Assembly (NCBI GenBank): GCA_029210695.1
Contig: JARGFH010000012.1
Span: 1-64,000 of the forward strand
DNA from: Acidimicrobiia bacterium
GTDB taxonomy: Bacteria; Actinomycetota; Acidimicrobiia; Spongiisociales; JAHEDJ01
DNA length: 64,000 nt
Direction of reading: 5' to 3'
Shown here: in pieces, positions 39,001 through 48,156 of the stretch
Layout: every line of letters begins with the position of its first letter
Numbering within the stretch: position 1 is the stretch's first letter
Notes under the pieces: model-generated
Database searches by the model: none
The model's input: only the letters and a program-made list of their open reading frames with translations
Told to the model about the DNA's origin: nothing
Position numbers and translations under genes: made by a program

Positions 39001-41013
39001 ATGCGCAGGACAGCATTCACTCTCGTCTTGATCCTGTCGGCTTGTACCGGATCGACGGTTGAGACCACCGGCCCAACGAGCGCCACCACCGCTCCTGCCG
39101 GCCCCTCGGCAACCGAACCACCTATCGCGGGACCCACATCGACAACCTCGACCACATCGACCACGACCGTCCCGGCCACGGTTGTGCCGACTGCCTCGTA
39201 CCAGCTGCTCCCCTCGCCCGATGAGGACCTCGCCTACACGATCGGGCATATGGCGATCGGTGACGCCGGCCTGGTCTATGCAGGCGACGTGAGCACGACG
39301 CCCCGGGATCATCCCAACGAGGGTGCCTTGTGGCACTTCGACGGGCAGGTCTGGACCCGCGCGCTCATCTCCGACCTCACCACCACTGATGAGTACGGAG
39401 ACTCACCCCATGTCTCGGAGCTGGTCTTCTGGGGTGGGCGCTACCTTGCCTTCCTCCTCGGCGACCCTACCGCCCCGGAGTCCGCCGCCTCCCTGCTCGC
39501 CTCGATTGACGGCCGGACCTGGCAACTCGAGCACCTGCTCCCTCAGCGCGCCACCGGCAGTTCACCCGGTGGGATTTTCGCCACACCGGAATCCCCTCCC
39601 CGGCCCGGGGGAGCAGGCATCGCCGGCGTCGCAACGACCGCCGATGAGATCGTTGCCGTCGGATGGGTCACCACCTCTGAAGGGTCGACCGCAGCGCTCT
39701 GGCACTCACTCGACGGCAGGGACTGGACCCTCACCACCACCCCCAACGCTGTGTGGCCGAACGAATGGGCAAGTGCGATATCGGTCGGGGACTCAGGGTG
39801 GCTGCTGGGCGGATCCGGTCCCATCTACGGCACGACTCTCTTGTGGTTCTCAGAAGACGGGGACGACTGGACGTACATCGGCGACCGCTTCGGTGAGGGT
39901 GCATGGTGGTCATTCCATGAGTTGGCCTCGGGTTCCAATGGGCTGGCCGTCGCGGCGTTCGACATGGACTCAGCCACCACGTCGATGTGGAGGTCCGATG
40001 AGGGCATCACCTGGGCCCCGACTTCCGAGCCGCCGTGGCCGGAGGGGTCGGCCGTTTCCCTCGCTTCAGACGGATCGACGATGGCGAGACTGCGTCGTCT
40101 CGAAGACACGACGATCGTCGAAACGTCACCCGACGGCCTGGCCTGGGAAGGCATAGCCGGGCTCTCGTCTGATCCCGGCAACCCGGACATCTTTGTCGAG
40201 TCGCTGGGCCTCGACTATTGGGACGACTCCCTCACACTCACCCGGTTCATGACCCCGGCCGACTACGCCTCTGCCTCCGTCGAAATCTGGATCGATGCGC
40301 CGACGGCCGCGGTCGTTCTGGTTCCGGCCGACGACACGCTGAATGTTCGGCATGGCGTGATGGCCACCGTGATCGGAGAACTCGAACCAACCGCGACCAA
40401 TGTCCGGCCGACCGGTGCCAGCGACGGAGCGGCAGGATCCCTCTGGGTGGAGATCCTCCACAATGGGATCCTCGGGTGGGTCAACTCGATCTACCTGACC
40501 GAGGAGGTTGACGACTTGGCGGCCCTCGATCCATCCGCCACCATCGAGCGGTTCGCCGACGGAGTGTTCCGGGCGGGAGAACCGCTCGGTTCGTACGTCG
40601 GCGCCAAAGGCCTCACCATCACTCACTTCGATCTACCAAAGCATTTCACACTCAACGACGACCCGATGTCCGATCAGACGATCTACCTGTGGGGCAATCC
40701 GGGCTGCGGCCCCGACCCAGACTGCGCGTTCCAGGCGACTTTCGCCAATCAGATCGCCGACAGTTTCCTGTCTGCCTGGGACGACGAGGACCGGCGCATC
40801 GAAATCGATACACCGATCGCCGGAGGAAACGGAACGCTTCCCGAGGCCGTCGTCCCTGTGCTCTTCCGTAACTTCCACTTCGTCGCCGTCCACGACCCGG
40901 GTGACGATCCGGCCTACGGCGGTTTGGACTGGATCACCTGGTACGTCTACTTCGATGTCGTCGACGGTCTGCCCGTCGTCGCAGGGATGTCGGTGGACAT
41001 GTGGGCTCCGTGA
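39001..41013 (+). CDS. Lipoprotein with Asp-box propeller and SH3b-like domain
   Basis: LSAC lipobox; SxDGxxW repeats; DTLNVR...W.EI...GWVNS.YL. Confidence 0.82.
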   Translation: MRRTAFTLVLILSACTGSTVETTGPTSATTAPAGPSATEPPIAGPTSTTSTTSTTTVPATVVPTASYQLLPSPDEDLAYTIGHMAIGDAGLVYAGDVSTTPRDHPNEGALWHFDGQVWTRALISDLTTTDEYGDSPHVSELVFWGGRYLAFLLGDPTAPESAASLLASIDGRTWQLEHLLPQRATGSSPGGIFATPESPPRPGGAGIAGVATTADEIVAVGWVTTSEGSTAALWHSLDGRDWTLTTTPNAVWPNEWASAISVGDSGWLLGGSGPIYGTTLLWFSEDGDDWTYIGDRFGEGAWWSFHELASGSNGLAVAAFDMDSATTSMWRSDEGITWAPTSEPPWPEGSAVSLASDGSTMARLRRLEDTTIVETSPDGLAWEGIAGLSSDPGNPDIFVESLGLDYWDDSLTLTRFMTPADYASASVEIWIDAPTAAVVLVPADDTLNVRHGVMATVIGELEPTATNVRPTGASDGAAGSLWVEILHNGILGWVNSIYLTEEVDDLAALDPSATIERFADGVFRAGEPLGSYVGAKGLTITHFDLPKHFTLNDDPMSDQTIYLWGNPGCGPDPDCAFQATFANQIADSFLSAWDDEDRRIEIDTPIAGGNGTLPEAVVPVLFRNFHFVAVHDPGDDPAYGGLDWITWYVYFDVVDGLPVVAGMSVDMWAP

Positions 41014-41032
41014 CCGGGTATCGTCGCGCTCC

Positions 41033-41404
41033 ATGGATTCCAGACCCGACGAAGACGCAAGGCCCGACGAAGAAGGCGTCGGCTGTCGACAGGCCGTCAT
41101 GGCAACCGTCGTCTTCATCGCCTTCGCGCTGGCAATGCTGGTCGTTGCGCTGCTCATAGGACTCGACCAGCAACTTGCCTACCCTTTCCTCTTTGCCGGA
41201 GGGCCGGTGACTGGGCTAGTCACCAGCATTGGCGGTGACCTGGCCTTTTCTTGGCCACTCGATCTGACCGTTTGGACCGTCCTCGGGTTCTTCGTCGCCC
41301 GTTACGCAGAACAGCCCAACAAGTACCGGTTCGCCATCGGGGCGGTGATCATGGCTGCCCTCGTCCTCGGCACGGCGGCCGGGCTCATGATCGAACCAAC
41401 CTGA
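41033..41404 (+). CDS. Small membrane protein
   Basis: Three to four hydrophobic segments. Confidence 0.7.
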   Translation: MDSRPDEDARPDEEGVGCRQAVMATVVFIAFALAMLVVALLIGLDQQLAYPFLFAGGPVTGLVTSIGGDLAFSWPLDLTVWTVLGFFVARYAEQPNKYRFAIGAVIMAALVLGTAAGLMIEPT

Positions 41405-41408
41405 ATCC

Positions 41409-41465
41409 CCCGTTCTGGCGTCAGAAAGCCGTCAGAATTGCGCGTTTTCTGACGCCAGAAGCGGG
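41409..41465. repeat. ~50-bp palindromic element / bidirectional terminator
   Basis: GTTCTGGCGTCAGAAA...TTTCTGACGCCAGAA. Confidence 0.7.
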
Positions 41466-41468
41466 TTG

Positions 41469-42215
41469 TTAGATGTCCAGGAGGCCTTCGATTCCCACGG
41501 TGACGCCGGGCAGGCTCGCCACATGGCGCACGGCCAGCAGCACGCCGGTCAGAAACGATGCACGATCGGTCGTGTCGTGACGGATCGTCAGCAACTCACC
41601 GTCGTTTCCGAGCAGTACTTCTTGGTGGGCGAGTAAACCGGGCAGGCGAATGCCGTGCACCGGAACGCCCTCAACCGTCGCACCCCTGGCGCCCGTGATC
41701 AACTCCTCCGACTCAACCTTACGCCGCTGGGTTGGGTTCGCCGCTGCGATCCGTGCTGCCGTGTTCACCGCCGTCCCCGACGGCGCGTCCGCCTTGCGAT
41801 CATGGTGGAGTTCGATCACCTCGGCCGCCGCGAAGTGGGGCGCGGCCAGTTCCGCGAAGCGCATCATGAGCACTGCGCCCACCGAGAAATTGGGGGCAAT
41901 CAGGCAGTTCGGTGGCCCGCTCCCCCACGCCCGGCGCACCTCGTCGATCCGCGCTTCGGTGAATCCCGAAGTACCTACCACCGCGTGAATACCCATCTGT
42001 CGCCATCGTTCGAGGTTGGCCATCACGACCCCCGGCATCGTGAACTCGACCACAACATCAGCACCCCGGACATCCTCAGGATCTGCGGATACCCCGTCGC
42101 CTCGATCAGCCGACGGGTCGAAGAGCCACCCGAGGTCGAGGTCATCAGCCTCCCGGACCGCAGCCGCCACCAGCGACCCCATCCGGCCGGCCGCTCCGGA
42201 GACGGCAACCTTCAT
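41469..42215 (-). CDS. dapB: 4-hydroxy-tetrahydrodipicolinate reductase
   Basis: GAAGRMG, VVGTSG, ELHHDRKADAPSGTA. Confidence 0.97.
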   Translation of the reverse strand: MKVAVSGAAGRMGSLVAAAVREADDLDLGWLFDPSADRGDGVSADPEDVRGADVVVEFTMPGVVMANLERWRQMGIHAVVGTSGFTEARIDEVRRAWGSGPPNCLIAPNFSVGAVLMMRFAELAAPHFAAAEVIELHHDRKADAPSGTAVNTAARIAAANPTQRRKVESEELITGARGATVEGVPVHGIRLPGLLAHQEVLLGNDGELLTIRHDTTDRASFLTGVLLAVRHVASLPGVTVGIEGLLDI

Positions 42216-43462
42216 TTGACGAACTCCTCGAGATCAGAGGCCTCGAACGGCCCGACCGCACCCATGACGAATGGGCCGCACAGCATCTGTTGAGCAACCA
42301 GTTGGACGTCGGACTCGGTGACTGAGTTCACCCTGGCGATGCGCTCGTCTACGGATGTGTGCTCTCCCCCCGTGAGTTCCTGCCTCCCGAGACGGACCAT
42401 CCGGCTATTGGGATCTTCGAGCGAGAGAGCCAGGCTCCCGCGCAGGTTTCCCTGGGCCCGTTTCAGCTCATCGGGCGTGATGCCGTCCGCAGCCATCCTG
42501 GCCAGCTCTTCACGGACCAATCCGAGCACAGTCGGGGTTTGCGCCGGCGTCGTACCGGCGTACACGGCCCAGGCGCCGACGTCCGCAAACGGCATCTTGA
42601 AGGAGTAGACGGCGTACGCCAGCCCACGCTCCTCGCGAATGGTGTGAAACAAACGGGATGACATGCCGCCGCCCAGCGCCAGGTGCATGATCTCAAAGGC
42701 GTAGCGGCGTTCGTCCTCGCGGCTCATTCCTTCACCGCCCAGCACCAGGTGGCTCTGCTCGGTATCGCGGTGCACGACCGACAACCGACTAGCAACCGAG
42801 GCCCGGCGATACTCATGGTGCACGGCTCCACCCGTCCAATCCCCAAAATGACGCCCGACGAGCTCGACAGCTCGATCGTGCTCGATCGACCCGGATATGG
42901 CGATCACGGTCGAACCGGCGCCATACCGCCGCTGCCAGTATCCGAGAAGATCCTCTCGCTTCATGGCCCGGATCGAATCGCGTGTGCCCAGAATCGGCCG
43001 TTCGAGCGGATGCCCCGCAAAGATCGTCTCGTGGAACCGCTCAAACGCCACGTCGTTCGGGTCGTCCTCGTTCATGTTGATCTCTTCGATCACGACCTGG
43101 AGTTCCGAATCGATCTCGTTCTGCCGAAACGCCGGTCGCTGCAGCATCTCGCCAAGCAGGCGGAGACCCTCGTCGAGATCGGCGTCGAGCATACGGGCCC
43201 AGAAGCAGGTGTACTCCTGGCTCGTGAAGGCGTTGGATTGGGCGCCCATCGCGTCGAAGGTCTCAGAGATCTGGCGAGCGCTCAGCGTCTCGGATCCCTT
43301 GAAGAGGAGATGCTCGAGGAAGTGCGAAGCGCCTGCCTCTTCGGGTGTCTCATCTCTGGTACCGGTGTCTACCCAGCAACCAACGGCGACCGAACGAAGG
43401 CTCGGCATGGTTTCGGTGATGACCCTCAGTCCGTTAGGCAAGGTCGTGAGGTCGTAGTGCAT
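42212..43462 (-). CDS. M16 family zinc peptidase
   Basis: HFLEHLLFKG, NAFT, GGGMSSRLF. Confidence 0.95.
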   Translation of the reverse strand: MHYDLTTLPNGLRVITETMPSLRSVAVGCWVDTGTRDETPEEAGASHFLEHLLFKGSETLSARQISETFDAMGAQSNAFTSQEYTCFWARMLDADLDEGLRLLGEMLQRPAFRQNEIDSELQVVIEEINMNEDDPNDVAFERFHETIFAGHPLERPILGTRDSIRAMKREDLLGYWQRRYGAGSTVIAISGSIEHDRAVELVGRHFGDWTGGAVHHEYRRASVASRLSVVHRDTEQSHLVLGGEGMSREDERRYAFEIMHLALGGGMSSRLFHTIREERGLAYAVYSFKMPFADVGAWAVYAGTTPAQTPTVLGLVREELARMAADGITPDELKRAQGNLRGSLALSLEDPNSRMVRLGRQELTGGEHTSVDERIARVNSVTESDVQLVAQQMLCGPFVMGAVGPFEASDLEEFVK

Positions 43463-43503
43463 TGGGGGCATTGTACGTGCCGCACGGATCAGATCAGTGC
43501 GCA

Positions 43504-43542
43504 ACCCTCGACTCGCGACTCGCGACTCGCGACCCGCGACTC
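43504..43542. repeat. Heptamer tandem repeat (ACTCGCG)
   Basis: ACCCTCG, ACTCGCG x3, ACCCGCG, ACTC. Confidence 0.85.
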
Positions 43543-43543
43543 A

Positions 43544-44401
43544 TTACCGCGACATCCAGTCGTGGATCAGCTCCGCCACTTCGGCCGGTCTTTCCTGCGG
43601 CATCCAGTGCGACGCCCCTGCGATCACCTGCTCGTCGAACTCCGAATCGACGAAAGCGCCGGAACCGGTTGCCATCTCGGGGACAAACGCCCAGTCGAGC
43701 TCGCCGTGGATGTAGCGAACCGGGATGCGCACGTCTGGTAGCTCGAGCGGGACGTCGGCGTTGAAGAGGTCGGCGCGAAAATGCGCCCTGTACCAGTTGG
43801 CCATCGCATCGAAGCGACCCGGACGCCGCCAGTCCCGACGGTACGCCTCCCGATCCTCCTCGCTGAATCCAGGCGAACTCCCGAACGCGAATCGAGCAAG
43901 CAACGCGAAGTCCTCCGAAGCCAGCAAACGCATGCCTGCCTCGCCGGACTGCATCAGCCACACATAGAACGACCGGCTCAGCTGCTCCACATTCCCGGCA
44001 CCGACGGCCCGCATCCGGCTCGGGTGCGGTGCCGCTAGGACGACCGCCCGGCGCACCAACCCTCCCAGCCAGGTGGCTGCTTGCCAGGTGAGAGCACCGC
44101 CGAAGTCGTGGCCGGCCACGTAGGCCGGTCCGCCACCGTTCCACTCGATGATCCCGGCGACGTCAGCCAACAAGACCGGCATGCGGTAGGCCTCGAGGTC
44201 GGTCGGAGCATCGGAATCGCCGAAACCGCGTAGGTCGGGAACGATCACCCGGTAACGGTCTGAGAGCAGCGGCGCCACCTTCATCCAGCACCGGCCTGAA
44301 TCGGGCCAGCCGTGCAGCAGAAGCAGCGGCGGAGCTTCGAGGTCGCCGGCAGTGCGGACATGGATGGTGATGCCGTTGATGGCGAGATCATGGTCTTGCA
44401 C
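43544..44401 (-). CDS. Epoxide hydrolase-like alpha/beta hydrolase
   Basis: HGWPD, DLRGFG, GHDFGG, SHW. Confidence 0.9.
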   Translation of the reverse strand: MQDHDLAINGITIHVRTAGDLEAPPLLLLHGWPDSGRCWMKVAPLLSDRYRVIVPDLRGFGDSDAPTDLEAYRMPVLLADVAGIIEWNGGGPAYVAGHDFGGALTWQAATWLGGLVRRAVVLAAPHPSRMRAVGAGNVEQLSRSFYVWLMQSGEAGMRLLASEDFALLARFAFGSSPGFSEEDREAYRRDWRRPGRFDAMANWYRAHFRADLFNADVPLELPDVRIPVRYIHGELDWAFVPEMATGSGAFVDSEFDEQVIAGASHWMPQERPAEVAELIHDWMSR

Positions 44402-44464
44402 ATCGCCAACCTACCGCGGCGCCGGCCTCGGCGCAGGTTGCAGAGGTGTGAGACAATCAGCCTT

Positions 44465-46567
44465 GTGCGCGCCCAATCCACGCTCCATGAGATCCTTTCG
44501 CCGGAAGAGCGGGCGATCGAGCACGTCGTCGCCCGCTATCAGCGGGTCGCTCCGGCCGTCACACGGGTGGCCCGGAGCCTCGCCGGCGACGATGAACTCC
44601 AGGTGCGACTCGGTTCGACTGCCTCGGCCCGCACTGGCGAGATCGTGCTCGATCCGGGCATCTTCCAGGCAGCCTATGGACGCCGGGCGCCGGTGACGCC
44701 GGGCGAGGTCGCTCTCGCCTCTGCACTCCATGAGGTTGTTCATCTCGTTTCGACCCACCTCGAAGAAGTCCGGCCGCTCCCTCCCTCATGGTTCCCGAAG
44801 CGGGAGACCCCCTTGTCGGAAGAACCCGTCGATCTCTTGACCGCGCTCGCCGAGGCGGGCAGTGAGGCGGCCGTCTCGATGTTCTTCGCGCTCGAAGACG
44901 GGCGGCAGGAGTTGACGGGAATGGCCGCCTACCCGGGGGCACGATCGGTTCTCACCGACCTCTACCAATCCTCCATCAGATCGGCGATGGCTGCCGCCAC
45001 GCCGTTGGGACAGATGGCGATCGCCGGGTTCGCTCTGGTCGGCGAGCACGTCGAGCGCGATGTGCTCGAGAAAGCAGCACAACCGGGAGTGGCGGTCGCC
45101 CTTGCCGACGCTCAACCATTCTTCGATGCCGTGCAAGAGGCCGAAGATGCCTGGGAAGTGGCCACTCTGGCACTCCAGATTCTCGAAGTCGCCAGACTGC
45201 ACGGGCTTGCCTCCAAGGCTCCGGTCGATGAGTCGGCAGCCCAGAAGAAACTCCGCGAGGAGCTCGACAGCCAAGCGGTCGAAGATGGCGTCGACCGGGT
45301 GCGCTTGATCAGCCCGATCGTCCAGAACCTCGACGGATATGAACGCACCCGGCAACTCGAGCAACGAGCAGGAGCCGATGGCGAGAAAGGTCCGTCTGAC
45401 GTGGCCGACGATGCAGCAACCGATCAGCTGCTCCGGGTCAGCCAGGCCCCGACTGTGTTCCTTCCTAGCGGTCAAGGGGGTCGCCTGATGGTGTCGGGGT
45501 TTCCCCACCGCTTCCGGCAATTCGGGCCGGCCGGGCGCGAGACGCTCCTCGAGGCAGCCTCCGCCTGGGGCGTCGCTCAGCGACACGTGTCGGGCGAGCT
45601 GTTCCCTCTCTTCGCCGCTAATCAGCGCAGGGGTCTCCGCTCCGGATACGACGCCGGCGACATCTCGCCACATGCTCCCCTTTTCCTCGGTGCCGGCCTT
45701 TACCAGCGAATGTACGAGCGGCGGGCCCTGCGAACCCGGCGTAGCTACGCGGTATCGCTGCTCATCGACGGATCGGCCTCCATGCTGCAGCCCCGCCCGC
45801 TCACCAGCACCGGTGGCCGCACAGCTCCGTGGGGACTGGCGGCTGCCACGCTGGGGGCCTGGACGCTGGCCCGACTGTGCGATGAGCTTCAGATCGATTT
45901 CGAGGTGGCGCTCTTCAACCGGTCATTCAGCGCCCGGTCGGACGACTCGGAGTGGTCGTTCTCGCGCCGCAGGAGCCAGGCAACGGGGGGATTGCGTCGA
46001 TCCCAAGGGCAGGCGGCCGATCGCCTGACGAATACCATCAACCATTACCTGGTCAAACCATTCAATGCTCGCTGGCGCACTTCCGAGGATCTGCTCGCCG
46101 GGTTGTTCTTTGCAGCTTCCCATCCGACGCGGGCGTCGGCAGAGGCGCGCAAAGCTCCCCACGATTCCCCGCCGGTCGGCATGTTTGAGAAGGCCGCCAA
46201 CGTCGACGAGTTCAACCTCAGCTACGCAGCGCAGCGCCTGTCGCGCCTGGGCGCGACAGTCCGTGTCCTCGTCGTCCTGGCCGACGGCATGACCCGGGGT
46301 TCGCTCGAGTCGCTGGCCCGCTCGGTCGAAGCGGTCGAGCAAACCGGGACGACGGTCCTCGGAATAGGAATCGGAGACGACACGGTTCAGGTGGCCTACG
46401 GACGCCACCAGATCGTTGAGCGCCCGGACACACTGGCCGCGGCCATGGTCGACGGAGTACGCACCGCGTTGAGAAGGAGCCTGGCACTGTCCGGCCTGGA
46501 TGAGTGGTGGACCCGGGCCGGAACAAGAGAACACATGAGCGCATGGAAGGAGAAACCCGGTGCCTAG
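44465..46567 (+). CDS. VWA-domain protein with N-terminal HExxH domain (CobT/NorD-like architecture)
   Basis: ALHEVVH...LEDGRQE; MIDAS LLIDGSAS and VVLADG; VLGIGIG. Confidence 0.85.
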   Translation: MRAQSTLHEILSPEERAIEHVVARYQRVAPAVTRVARSLAGDDELQVRLGSTASARTGEIVLDPGIFQAAYGRRAPVTPGEVALASALHEVVHLVSTHLEEVRPLPPSWFPKRETPLSEEPVDLLTALAEAGSEAAVSMFFALEDGRQELTGMAAYPGARSVLTDLYQSSIRSAMAAATPLGQMAIAGFALVGEHVERDVLEKAAQPGVAVALADAQPFFDAVQEAEDAWEVATLALQILEVARLHGLASKAPVDESAAQKKLREELDSQAVEDGVDRVRLISPIVQNLDGYERTRQLEQRAGADGEKGPSDVADDAATDQLLRVSQAPTVFLPSGQGGRLMVSGFPHRFRQFGPAGRETLLEAASAWGVAQRHVSGELFPLFAANQRRGLRSGYDAGDISPHAPLFLGAGLYQRMYERRALRTRRSYAVSLLIDGSASMLQPRPLTSTGGRTAPWGLAAATLGAWTLARLCDELQIDFEVALFNRSFSARSDDSEWSFSRRRSQATGGLRRSQGQAADRLTNTINHYLVKPFNARWRTSEDLLAGLFFAASHPTRASAEARKAPHDSPPVGMFEKAANVDEFNLSYAAQRLSRLGATVRVLVVLADGMTRGSLESLARSVEAVEQTGTTVLGIGIGDDTVQVAYGRHQIVERPDTLAAAMVDGVRTALRRSLALSGLDEWWTRAGTREHMSAWKEKPGA

Positions 46568-47552
46568 GACCGTTGTATTCACAGATCCGAGTGGGGATGG
46601 ACCGCCGATCGAACTCGAACAGTTCGTGGTGCCGAAGGACCTGCCGGACCATGCGCACCGGGTCGGCAAGATACCGGAACCAGATCCCCATTATGTCGAC
46701 CTCGGGATGCTCTACCGCTTTGCAGCCATGGAGGACGTCCGTAAGCGTTTCCCTGAGGGCTACCAGCCGCTTCACCTGGCGGTCCGGGGCCATATGGGTA
46801 CCGGCAAAGACCACGACATCGAGCAGTTCGCGGCGATGCTTCGCCTCCCGTACTACCGGGTCCCTCTGACGGGCGAGGTTCGAGACGTGACGCTGATTGG
46901 TTCGACACTGCTGCACGGAGACGGCAAAGGGGGAACGGAGAGCCGATGGGAAGACGGCGAGATCACCCGGGCACTGCGCGGCCCGGCTTTGGTCAACCTG
47001 TCCGAGCTGAACGCAGCCGGGGCAGAGACCCTCTTCGCATTGCACGGCCTCCTCGACCGATATGCTGCGCTCGATCTCCCGACGGGCGAAACCGTGCGCT
47101 TGCGTGACGATGTCCGTTTGTTCGGAACAATGAACCCCACCGACTTGCGCGATTACGCCGGAACGCAAACACTCAACAAGGCATTCGCCGACCGCTGGGT
47201 GATCTGGGAAAAGGCCTTCCCTATCGTCGATCAGATTCGCGCCATGATCGAGCGCCGCTACCCGTCGATGTCCGAGCCGTTCAGTGACGCCATCAGCCGG
47301 TTGGCAGCCGAGGTGAACGCCTCGTTCACGGCCCCCGACGTCGCCACGAGGGTCGAGTCGCCGATGAGCCTGCGAACCGTGCTCGACCGGGTTCCGACCG
47401 GGTTGCGCGTGTATGCGGATGCCGACGATCCCCTCCGCAAGGCGTGGGAGGAGTTTGTTCTGCCGCAGATCGATGCCTTCGATCGGGACCATTACGAGAC
47501 CGTGTGGAGCGCGGTTGTGCGCAAGGGACCAAAGGGACCGGCTTTCCGGTAG
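46560..47552 (+). CDS. MoxR-type AAA+ ATPase (CbbQ/NirQ/CobS-like) with atypical Walker motifs
   Basis: GHMGTGKD, WEDG, VNLSELN, TMNP, AFADRW, SLR. Confidence 0.88.
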   Translation: MPRTVVFTDPSGDGPPIELEQFVVPKDLPDHAHRVGKIPEPDPHYVDLGMLYRFAAMEDVRKRFPEGYQPLHLAVRGHMGTGKDHDIEQFAAMLRLPYYRVPLTGEVRDVTLIGSTLLHGDGKGGTESRWEDGEITRALRGPALVNLSELNAAGAETLFALHGLLDRYAALDLPTGETVRLRDDVRLFGTMNPTDLRDYAGTQTLNKAFADRWVIWEKAFPIVDQIRAMIERRYPSMSEPFSDAISRLAAEVNASFTAPDVATRVESPMSLRTVLDRVPTGLRVYADADDPLRKAWEEFVLPQIDAFDRDHYETVWSAVVRKGPKGPAFR

Positions 47553-47593
47553 CCACCGGCGCCACCATCGGATTCTCGATCGGGACTCTCGAG

Positions 47594-48061
47594 TCAACCC
47601 GCTCGCCTGGTCGAGGCCGGCCCGTATTCGTTGAACCAGGTCTCATAATCCGGTACGGCAAACCCCGCCACGGAGAGCACGTAGTAGGCGCCGAACGGGC
47701 CAATGAACGGAATGGAACGGAGTCCGTCTTGTTGATCAGGGAAGTCCCCCAGCGACTGGATCCAGCGTCCGACGGAACCGAACTCGGCTTTCCGTTCTAC
47801 CAGTAGTTGCGCCGCCCGGCCGACGGCGGCGATCTTGCGCTGGTTGCCGATCACGCCGGGCGTCGCGCAGAGGCGCTCAATGTCACGATTGGTCAGTGCG
47901 GCCACGTCGACCGCCGAGAACCGACCGAAGGCCAGTCGTATCGCCGCCCAGTTGCGGTCGACGACCGCCCAGGACAGTCCTGAAGCGAAGATCGCCCTTG
48001 CGAACAACTCGAGGAACTGGTCAATCGTACGGATGTTGCGGGCTGTGAGATCAGCCGGCAT
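47594..48061 (-). CDS. DNA-3-methyladenine glycosylase I-like protein
   Basis: FASGLSWAVV...AF..F...VA...GVIGNQRKI; GGAGG RBS. Confidence 0.8.
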   Translation of the reverse strand: MPADLTARNIRTIDQFLELFARAIFASGLSWAVVDRNWAAIRLAFGRFSAVDVAALTNRDIERLCATPGVIGNQRKIAAVGRAAQLLVERKAEFGSVGRWIQSLGDFPDQQDGLRSIPFIGPFGAYYVLSVAGFAVPDYETWFNEYGPASTRRAG

Positions 48062-48089
48062 ATCAACCTCCATCTCGTGTCTGCTCTCG

Positions 48090-48111
48090 AACATACGAGA
48101 AGGGTGGGACA
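48090..48111 (-). promoter_or_regulatory. RecA-NDp/PafBC-like promoter
   Basis: TGTCCC-N10-TATGTT upstream of the glycosylase. Confidence 0.6.
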
Positions 48112-48156
48112 GTTCTTCGAGTTGACTACCGTTACTCAGCCGCAACGAAGGAACTC

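Noticed and set aside
44465..47552. Calling the pair cobT/cobS
   Set aside because: No cobalamin genes nearby and atypical motifs; only architecture-level similarity
48087..48102. SOS box upstream of the glycosylase
   Set aside because: Only a TCGAAC half-site; the right half does not match
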